DNA of 60,493 nucleotides from Candidatus Fraserbacteria bacterium. GTDB lineage: Bacteria; Bipolaricaulota; Bipolaricaulia; RBG-16-55-9. The notes under the pieces are model-generated. The model saw only the letters and a program-made list of their open reading frames with translations, ran no database searches and had not been told where the DNA came from. Position numbers and translations under genes: made by a program. This document shows positions 26,629-34,212 of this stretch, piece by piece (the stretch's first letter is position 1; each line of letters begins with the position of its first letter). The stretch covers positions 1-60,493 of the forward strand of contig JBBIPG010000004.1 in NCBI GenBank assembly GCA_037442925.1. The letters run 5' to 3'.

Positions 26629-28050
26629 ATCCTCGAAATCAAGCTGTACAACTCGCTGACGCGACAGAAGGAGATCTTCAAGCCCATCAAGCCGTCGCAA
26701 GTAGGAATCTATTGCTGCGGTCCGACTGTCTATGATTTCGCCCATCTGGGGAATCTGCGCACGTATGTCTTTGAAGATCTTTTGAGGCGTATGTTCGAAT
26801 ACAATGACTATCACGTCCGTCACGTCATGAACATCACCGATGTGGGACACCTGACGGGAGACAACATCGGTGACGCCGATCTGGGCGAAGACCGCATGGA
26901 GCGAAGCGCCAGGCTCCAAGGCAAGTCAGCCTGGCAGCTGGCCAAGTTCTATACCGATAGTTTCTTCAAGGATGTGGAACGACTGAATATCCGAAGGCCG
27001 CACGTCATCTGCAAAGCTACGGATCATATTCGTGAACAGATCGCGTTGGTTCAGAAACTCGAACAGAAAGGCTACACCTATCGAGCCTCCGATGGCATCT
27101 ACTTTGATACCTCGAAGCTTGCTGGGTACGGGAAACTCGCGGGCCAGTCCCGTGACGATCGCTTGGCCGGAGCGCGCGTCGAGGTCAACCCCCAGAAGCG
27201 CCATCCGGCTGATTTTGCGCTCTGGAGGTTCTCTCCTCAAGAAGGGCAGCGACAGATGGAGTGGGACAGCCCCTGGGGCGTCGGTTTCCCCGGCTGGCAC
27301 GTCGAGTGCAGTGCCATGAGCACGAAGTATTTAGGGCAGCCCTTCGATATTCACTGCGGCGGTGTCGATCACATCGCGATTCATCACACCAACGAGATAG
27401 CCCAGAGTGAGGCGGCCGAAGGGAAGACGATGGCCAACTACTGGCTGCATGGGGAGTTCATGACCGTAGCCGGTCGACGCATGGGCAAGTCGGAGGGCAA
27501 TGCCTATCTGGTTGAGGACCTGATCGACCGTGGCTTCGATCCCTTGAGCTTTCGCTATCTATGTCTCAACACGCATTACCGTGTGAAGCTCAACTTCACG
27601 TGGGAGGCATTGGAAGCCGCCCAAAATGCCCTGGAACGCCTGCGCGAGCATGTTCGCAGCCACAAAGAATCGGGCGTAACAGCCAGAGAGGGCGAGGTCT
27701 TGCCGGATGTGCGTGCTCCGTTTTACGAGGCGATCAACGACGACTTGAACGTGCCTGCGGCGTTAGGGTTCGTCTGGGAGCTCATGCGTTCGGATCGATC
27801 GCCGGAAGACAGGCTTGCCACTCTGGAGGATTTCGATCGCGTGTTGGGGCTGAGATTGGCTGAAGTGAAGCTTACCACAACAGAGGTCTCCAAGGAAGTA
27901 CAGCAGCTCCTTGCCCAACGTGAGATGTTTAGAGCGAGGCGTCTCTGGAAGGATGCAGATAAGATTCGCGACGAACTCCAGCGCATGGGGTATGCGATTG
28001 AGGACACGCCTCAAGGCCCCAAGGTGAGGAAACTTACGCGCAGCCCGTGA
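26629..28050 (+). CDS. cysS: Cysteine--tRNA ligase; probable non-canonical ATC start
   Basis: The frame upstream of the ORF-track TTG encodes LYNSLTR, CGPTVY and HLGN; downstream GWHVECSAM, HCGG, HHTNE, MGKS. AGGTGA SD lies 6 nt before ATC 26629. Confidence 0.93.
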   Translation: MLEIKLYNSLTRQKEIFKPIKPSQVGIYCCGPTVYDFAHLGNLRTYVFEDLLRRMFEYNDYHVRHVMNITDVGHLTGDNIGDADLGEDRMERSARLQGKSAWQLAKFYTDSFFKDVERLNIRRPHVICKATDHIREQIALVQKLEQKGYTYRASDGIYFDTSKLAGYGKLAGQSRDDRLAGARVEVNPQKRHPADFALWRFSPQEGQRQMEWDSPWGVGFPGWHVECSAMSTKYLGQPFDIHCGGVDHIAIHHTNEIAQSEAAEGKTMANYWLHGEFMTVAGRRMGKSEGNAYLVEDLIDRGFDPLSFRYLCLNTHYRVKLNFTWEALEAAQNALERLREHVRSHKESGVTAREGEVLPDVRAPFYEAINDDLNVPAALGFVWELMRSDRSPEDRLATLEDFDRVLGLRLAEVKLTTTEVSKEVQQLLAQREMFRARRLWKDADKIRDELQRMGYAIEDTPQGPKVRKLTRSP

Positions 28051-29261
28051 TGATCTCGGTCGATGAGGCATTCCAGCACTACAAGCTAGAGATTTCTTCA
28101 CTTCCCATTGAAGACGTATCTCTGGACGAGGCGCTGGGCAGAGTATTAGCGAAAGAGCTCTATTCTCAGATAGATCTGCCGCCCTTCCCACAGAGCGCGA
28201 TGGACGGCTATGCGTTGCGGGCGAAAGACACGAAGAATGCAACATCCGAGCGTTCCATTCGACTGCGCCTAACAGGGGAGATTTCTGCAGGACGGCTCAC
28301 CCAGATCCCTTCACTAAAACCTGGAGAAGCCATGCGCATCTTCACGGGTGGCTACGTGCCGCAGGGAGCCGATGCCATCTTGCGCCAAGAAGATGCTCAA
28401 GTGAAAGAGGGTTGGTTGCTTGTGCGCCATGCGCTGCTGTCAGGCACGAATCTTCGAGAGCAGGGTGAGGAGGTTCCAAAGCACGAACGTCTGGCGACAG
28501 CAGGGACGCGACTGACGGCCGGGCATCTGGCCGTCTTTGCGATCGCGGGTGTGGAGCGAGTGAGCATACATCGTGAGCCAAGGATCGCCATACTCACGAC
28601 GGGGGATGAGGTCGTGACGGTGGGGAACCCGCTTGCGCCCGGTGAAGTTTATGATTCAAACACGCCCCTGATAACAAGCTGGCTACGCTCACAAGGCTAT
28701 ACGCACATTGATGCTATGCATTTGCCTGATAATCTCAAGGGCATAGAGAAGGCTCTTGGCGATGCATTTGCGGGGTCAGATCTTGTGATCACAGCAGGTG
28801 GGGTTTCTGTGGGCGAGCGGGATTTCATTATGAAAGCTGCCCAGAGCGTGGGCGTGCGCGAGATCTTCTGGAAAGTTCGACAGAAGCCGGGTAAGCCGCT
28901 CTTCTTTGGGATGCTCAACGAAAAGCCTCTTTTGGGGCTGCCGGGCAACCCCGGCTCCGTGTTTGTCTGTCTGGTCACCCATGTGAGGAGAGTGTTGGAT
29001 CTCTTAGAGGGCGTTTTGCCTCCCGGTCCGATCTTTCATAGGGGCCGATTGCGCGAGCGTCTGGAGTCGGCTTCCACACGGGTATGGTGGGTGCGCTGCC
29101 GCTTAGAATCCTCTCCCGATGGCGGAATGGGGCTTGTGCCGCTGCCGCATCAATCCTCTCACATGATCACGAATCTTACAGAGTGCACGGCCGTAGTCCG
29201 CCTGCCTGAGGGTGTGGGCGCTTTGCAGAGTGGAAGCGTCGTCTCGTGGACCCCTGTATGA
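28047..29261 (+). CDS. moeA: Molybdopterin molybdotransferase
   Basis: SAMDGYA, IFTGG..P.GADA, TTGDE, DSN, GGVSVG..D, QKPGKP, LPGNP. Confidence 0.95.
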   Translation: MMISVDEAFQHYKLEISSLPIEDVSLDEALGRVLAKELYSQIDLPPFPQSAMDGYALRAKDTKNATSERSIRLRLTGEISAGRLTQIPSLKPGEAMRIFTGGYVPQGADAILRQEDAQVKEGWLLVRHALLSGTNLREQGEEVPKHERLATAGTRLTAGHLAVFAIAGVERVSIHREPRIAILTTGDEVVTVGNPLAPGEVYDSNTPLITSWLRSQGYTHIDAMHLPDNLKGIEKALGDAFAGSDLVITAGGVSVGERDFIMKAAQSVGVREIFWKVRQKPGKPLFFGMLNEKPLLGLPGNPGSVFVCLVTHVRRVLDLLEGVLPPGPIFHRGRLRERLESASTRVWWVRCRLESSPDGGMGLVPLPHQSSHMITNLTECTAVVRLPEGVGALQSGSVVSWTPV

Positions 29262-29334
29262 GTTTTCTATTTTGCGTCTTCCTGTCCTGTTCATCCCGAC
29301 TTCGGGTGGACCGAGCTAGCAAATGGATAGCCCC

Positions 29335-29362
29335 TTGCATGCACCGCAATGCTCGTTATAAT
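29335..29362 (+). promoter_or_regulatory. sigma70 promoter of ssrA
   Basis: TTGCAT-N16-TATAAT. Confidence 0.6.
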
Positions 29363-29388
29363 TAGAATAGTCTTTTGATCTTTGACAT

Positions 29389-29750
29389 GGGGGTGACTGG
29401 ATTCGACGGGGATGTCGAAGTGAAGGCAGCAGGTGGAGTTGGCCGTCCACTCCCAAATCAGGCGGCACAGCACGATAAGTGCCAACGAACTAGCTTACGC
29501 TGCTCCTTCCCTGAACTAAGAGAGGGAGCCGTTCGCCTGAGTCTCTGCCCGTAGGACACAGGACGAACGTCGAACATGCGGGCTGGCTCCTCAGAGAGTC
29601 TCCGTCTAAGGAGCGAGAACACAGGAGGCTTGGACACGAAGATCCGGTCTTGCGGGAGCTTTGTGTCTGAAAACAAGACGCAAGACTAAGCCTGTAGAAG
29701 CCAAGCAGAGGCATCTTCGGACCCGGGTTCAAGTCCCGGCACCTCCACCA
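29389..29750 (+). ncRNA. ssrA: tmRNA (one-piece)
   Basis: 5' GGGGGTGACTGGATTCGACGGG; 3' T-arm CCGGGTTCAAGTCCCGG then CACCTCCACCA; resume context ATAAGT-GCC. Confidence 0.96.
29481..29519 (+). other. tmRNA tag reading frame: ANELAYAAPSLN*
   Basis: GCC AAC GAA CTA GCT TAC GCT GCT CCT TCC CTG AAC TAA, directly after the ATAAGT upstream motif. Confidence 0.8.
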
Positions 29751-29754
29751 CTCG

Positions 29755-31146
29755 ATGGCATTTACACGAAGGAGCAGCATTCTACGACGCCTACTGTGGG
29801 TTACCCTGCTGATTGTGGGTATCGCCCTGATGTTGAGTTTTCCCACACAGAGCCAATCGGCGAGTCCACAAGGCCCCATTTACCTGCTTACCCTTAAGGC
29901 CAGTATCAACCCCGTCACCAAAGACTACTTGGTTCACAACATCGAGCGGGCCCAGCGGGAAGGAGCCTCCCTGGTGCTCATCCAGTTGGATACACCCGGT
30001 GGCCTCGTTTCCTCCACGAAAGACATCGTGGACGCCATACTCAACTCCAAGGTGCCCATTGTGGTCTGGGTGGGCCCAGCAGGAGCCTGGGCCGCTTCCG
30101 CTGGCACATTCATCACGATGTCCGCGCATGTAGCGGCCATGGCTCGTGGAGCCACCATCGGAGCGGCACACCCCGTGAACATCGACGGCAGCGCCCCGCA
30201 AGAGCAGCCATCTCCGGAGGAGCAGCAGGATCAATCCCCAGAAGGCCAACAGAAGAGCCCAAGCGGCGATGCCGTCTCCGAGAAGGTGACGAACTTCACG
30301 GCAGAGTGGGCGCGAGAGATCGCCAAAGTGCGCGGTCGTGATGCTGACTGGGCTGAGGCCGCGGTGCGCTCCAGCGTCACGGCCGGCTGGGAGGAAGCTC
30401 TCAATAGAAAGATCGTCGATCTCGTGGCGGACAGCGTCGAAGAGCTGCTGGCAAAGCTCAACGGCTACTCGCTTCCGGATGGGAGGATGCTTACGACGGA
30501 ACGAGTTCCCCTCAAGAATCTGCCCATGAGTTGGCGAGAGCAACTCTTGAATTACTTGGCCGATCCCAATCTCGTGTATATTCTGCTCCTCATCGGGATT
30601 TACGGCTTGATCTATGAGTTCTTAAGCCCCACGATCGGGCTGGGATTCATCATCGGCGGCATCTCGCTTCTGCTTGCTTTCTTGGGACTGCAAGTGTTGC
30701 CGATCAATCTGGTGGGTCTGGCGCTCATCCTCTTTGGGGTATTGCTCATGGTGCTTGACATCTTCACGCCCACGCACGGGATTCTCACCACCGGCGGCGT
30801 GGTGGCCTTGCTGGTCGGCTCCTTCACGCTCTTTGAGATCCCCGAACCGAGCCTCCAGCTCTCCATGTGGAACGTGCTAGTCACGGTAGGGGTGGTCACG
30901 GGCCTCTTCGTCTTCATCTTGAGCAAGGGGCTGCTCATTCAAAGGCGTGTGCCGGTCACCGGGTTTGAGGGGATGGTCGGTGCAACGGGTGTGGTCAAAG
31001 AAGAACTCCAGCCTCGGGGTCGGGTGTTGGTCAAAGGCGAATACTGGTGGGCGAGCTCCGCTGACGGTCAGCCCATTCGCACGGGTGAAGAAGTCATCGT
31101 AGAGCGCATTGAGCACGGGCGGCTGCTGGTGCGTCGGCGCTCTTAA
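29755..31146 (+). CDS. nfeD: Long-form NfeD membrane-bound serine protease
   Basis: Signal peptide, LDTPGG, AASAG, TIGAAHP, TM bundle and C-terminal OB domain (GRVLVKGEYW.A). Confidence 0.92.
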   Translation: MAFTRRSSILRRLLWVTLLIVGIALMLSFPTQSQSASPQGPIYLLTLKASINPVTKDYLVHNIERAQREGASLVLIQLDTPGGLVSSTKDIVDAILNSKVPIVVWVGPAGAWAASAGTFITMSAHVAAMARGATIGAAHPVNIDGSAPQEQPSPEEQQDQSPEGQQKSPSGDAVSEKVTNFTAEWAREIAKVRGRDADWAEAAVRSSVTAGWEEALNRKIVDLVADSVEELLAKLNGYSLPDGRMLTTERVPLKNLPMSWREQLLNYLADPNLVYILLLIGIYGLIYEFLSPTIGLGFIIGGISLLLAFLGLQVLPINLVGLALILFGVLLMVLDIFTPTHGILTTGGVVALLVGSFTLFEIPEPSLQLSMWNVLVTVGVVTGLFVFILSKGLLIQRRVPVTGFEGMVGATGVVKEELQPRGRVLVKGEYWWASSADGQPIRTGEEVIVERIEHGRLLVRRRS

Positions 31147-31156
31147 ACACTCTCAC

Positions 31157-32914
31157 TCAGTGCCTGACCACACAGAAGGGCAATCCCCGAATCTCCAGCG
31201 GACGGCTGTTATCGGGCGAGTGCACAACCATGCGCCCTTTTTCAAAATACGGGAGCGCCTTCTGATACTGCTTGGGAGCTCCGGCCCGCTCCGCCATCCC
31301 CTGCTCCATGCCTAACAAGATCCTGGTGCTGACTTGCGAGAGGACAGCCTCGCTCACATCTTGCGGGTTTTGCGTGATGAGCACAAGCCCCAATCTGTTC
31401 TTGCGACCCTGCTTGGCTGCCGTCACGAATTTTTCGGCGATGATGCGGTCTTGCTGGGTTTGAGCTTGCGTGAGGTAGCTATGGGCCTCGTCCACAGCCA
31501 GTATCACGGGATATTTCGCGATGCGTCGCCCCCAATCTGTCTCGATGGCCTTGGTCTTGGCATCGGCGATCAACGACATAACAGCCAGCACGACGACTCG
31601 CTCGCCCTCCGCGCTCAGGTGATTCGTCGGGAAGACGCTCACCTGATCCTCTCTGAAGATACTGTCGTAGAGTTTGGTAATGGAATTGGCTCCCTGATCG
31701 AAGATGTGGGCAAACTGGGGTAGCAGGACCCGTCGGCGGATGGCTCCCAGGGTCGCCTCGTGGATGAAGCCGCTGGCGAGATAAGGCTGCATGCGCGCTT
31801 CCTCTTCGAGGAATCGCCGAAAGGCCAGATACGTCCTGTCTTGTGAGTCTTTGAAGAAGTCTCGGATGAGGCGCTCGAGCGCTGTATACTGGGCTTCATT
31901 CAGCTCTCCTCCGGCGATGAGGTAGGGGAAATCGCCCACCAGCTCAAAGGGGATCATGAAATCGGTGTGGGCATCGCAGCCATGATAAGAACATCCGGCT
32001 TCCACGGCCGAGAAGACGGTCAACTTCTGGCCCACTCCACCCACTTTGGCGCCCACACCTACGAGGTTGTCTCGTTCTTCTGGCGGGACGCTCGGGAACT
32101 CAGGGTTCTCATCGCGGAGTCCCCAATACTCATTCTCAGGATCGATGATCACAAGGCACGGCTTGCGCTGCTCTCCGCCGCGTCGCTCCAGCGTGTACTC
32201 TGAACCCACAATCTGTCTTAGGAAGTTCTTGGCAGTATGCGTCTTACCCCGGCCGCTCATTCCGGCGATCAAGACGTGCGTAAAGATCAGTGGATCGCCC
32301 GTCTTCTTCGCATCGTTGATCAAGTAGTACGGGATCTTAAAGCCTCCGCTGAGCGTGATCGGCTCGCCGTTGACGGCCACATAGCCTAAGAAGAGTCCGT
32401 CATCGGGAAGATCAAGGCCCAGCACCACTTCGTCCTTGCTGGTGACACGCCGGACGAGCGCATTGGGTTTCGGGAGATAGCGGACTTCTGTCGGCAATCC
32501 TTCGGCGCTGATCATCGAGATGGGTTCAAGCTCCGCAAGCTGTATGTATTCGTCCTCTCCGACGGATTCCGCGCTGAGGAGCACGTGCACTTCACTCATG
32601 TCGTCGATGGCGTCACGTTTGCGATATGAGAGTCTCTTGACATACGCAAACAGCTTTTCGTCTCGATAATCGAGTGGGATGACGACATATTGGCCGACAG
32701 CCACATCGTTGCGCTTCCCTTCAGGAATGTAGACTTCAATGCAATGCTCTGTAGTGCTGATGAAAAGCTCCTCCGAGATGGCGACACGCCCGATCTCCTC
32801 GGGTTTGAGAGGTCTAATGCCTGCGCGCTCGTCTTCTGGTGTCATAACCCGTTCGGTAGAGCGCCTGATTCTCTCCAGTTCTTTGTCGAGATCGAATTCT
32901 TCTTGCTTTGCCAT
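31157..32914 (-). CDS. herA: HerA-family DNA translocase/ATPase
   Basis: N-terminal HAS-like region, GMSGRGKT, IIDPENEY, VDEAH, KQGRK..LGLVLITQNP. Confidence 0.85.
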   Translation of the reverse strand: MAKQEEFDLDKELERIRRSTERVMTPEDERAGIRPLKPEEIGRVAISEELFISTTEHCIEVYIPEGKRNDVAVGQYVVIPLDYRDEKLFAYVKRLSYRKRDAIDDMSEVHVLLSAESVGEDEYIQLAELEPISMISAEGLPTEVRYLPKPNALVRRVTSKDEVVLGLDLPDDGLFLGYVAVNGEPITLSGGFKIPYYLINDAKKTGDPLIFTHVLIAGMSGRGKTHTAKNFLRQIVGSEYTLERRGGEQRKPCLVIIDPENEYWGLRDENPEFPSVPPEERDNLVGVGAKVGGVGQKLTVFSAVEAGCSYHGCDAHTDFMIPFELVGDFPYLIAGGELNEAQYTALERLIRDFFKDSQDRTYLAFRRFLEEEARMQPYLASGFIHEATLGAIRRRVLLPQFAHIFDQGANSITKLYDSIFREDQVSVFPTNHLSAEGERVVVLAVMSLIADAKTKAIETDWGRRIAKYPVILAVDEAHSYLTQAQTQQDRIIAEKFVTAAKQGRKNRLGLVLITQNPQDVSEAVLSQVSTRILLGMEQGMAERAGAPKQYQKALPYFEKGRMVVHSPDNSRPLEIRGLPFCVVRH

Positions 32915-32943
32915 GGTCCTCACTCATCCCCCTCGTGGGAGTC

Positions 32944-34212
32944 TCACATCAGTTCACTCCGGCTCTGATTATAGCTCCAATCGAGGTCAATCCCGCAGGC
33001 GCGAATCAACGCGGCACTCTCTTCTTCGGTGATACGGGCTCGGCTGTCCGCTCGCCGGATCGCAGGCGGAACCCCTTTGCCCTGGGCGATCTCTGCCAGG
33101 ATTTGCGCACGTAACCGTTCGGGTTCATGTTTCTCAAAGACGATGCGCGGGCACTCGACTTTCAGCACGGCTTTCACCCTCGGATCGTACACGTAGAAGA
33201 AACAGACGTGGTAAGCGCGGGACGGGTGCATTAATTCAAACGATCCCAGGCGCTCAAAGATATCGAAGCTCTCTACGCTCTGTCCTCGACGCTGCGGAAG
33301 CGAGTAGCCCTCCTGCACGAACCAGTTGGTGTACCCAATGGCATCTTTGGGCGTGTTGCTGAGCACAGCCCGCATGAACTGTGCATCGCTGGACCAGTTG
33401 TGGGATTCTGGCTCCAGCGTGAATTCCAAGAACCATGAGGTGCTCGGGTTTTTGTTGAAGCCCACTATAGCAAACCCACGTGCGGCAAACTCCTCGACAA
33501 CTCGCACGGGCTGAGCCAAGATCTCAATAGCGGGCTTCCACTCCGTCCAGCTTGCTCTTATGCCGTTCTCTTCCGGCCAGATCTGATCTTCTCCGGAAAG
33601 ATAGTAGTAGAGCCCTATGGGGTATAGATTCCCATCCAGAATCCAGAGGCCCTGCTGCGGCTTGAGTTCTTGCCGCATACGTCGAGCGTGATACGACTCA
33701 GCTGCCATTCGGGCAAGTCCCCCCACGACGCGCTCAACCTCGTGCTCCAGATATGTCCGCGAGATATGAATTCTCCAGAAGTGAACGTACTCATCTTGAG
33801 ATGTCTCAGATTTTGCGCCACCTAGATCTGTCCTCTGAGAGTGAGAGACCAGTGAGAGCGAGCGAAAGGCCTCCAATGGGAGGTCTTTGTGGCGAGTATC
33901 TGGATCACTGGACAACACGGCTTGATAGGCGCAGAGCATGGTGCCGTTCTCCAATTGCTGGAGGCGTGTGCTGCCACCATCAATGGCATACACGGGCTCA
34001 TACTCTGGGAACGAATAAGCGGCCAACTGCAATACGCTCTCGGAGCGATACTCCAGAGGAGTGAGTGCTTGTATTGCTCCCTTGAGGTGCAGCTTCTCGA
34101 ACAACTGGCGGGCTTCCTCGCGGTGGTTGGGGCTCAGGCGTTGAACTTGTTCGCCGAAGGCTTTCAGTTGATTTCGTAACGTCTGCTTGGCTTCGTTGGA
34201 GAGCATCCTCAT
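32944..34212 (-). CDS. nurA: NurA-family nuclease
   Basis: YAIDGGS, ESYHA, ILDGNLYP and C-terminal G.G.P.AI..AD..ARI; sits between rad50 and herA. Confidence 0.78.
   Translation of the reverse strand: MRMLSNEAKQTLRNQLKAFGEQVQRLSPNHREEARQLFEKLHLKGAIQALTPLEYRSESVLQLAAYSFPEYEPVYAIDGGSTRLQQLENGTMLCAYQAVLSSDPDTRHKDLPLEAFRSLSLVSHSQRTDLGGAKSETSQDEYVHFWRIHISRTYLEHEVERVVGGLARMAAESYHARRMRQELKPQQGLWILDGNLYPIGLYYYLSGEDQIWPEENGIRASWTEWKPAIEILAQPVRVVEEFAARGFAIVGFNKNPSTSWFLEFTLEPESHNWSSDAQFMRAVLSNTPKDAIGYTNWFVQEGYSLPQRRGQSVESFDIFERLGSFELMHPSRAYHVCFFYVYDPRVKAVLKVECPRIVFEKHEPERLRAQILAEIAQGKGVPPAIRRADSRARITEEESAALIRACGIDLDWSYNQSRSELM

Noticed and set aside
26782-28050. ORF-track TTG start for cysS, or cysS as a pseudogene
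   Set aside because: The upstream frame is intact and contains essential motifs, so a non-canonical start is more parsimonious.
29490-29897. ORFs overlapping the tmRNA
   Set aside because: Shadow ORFs of ssrA.
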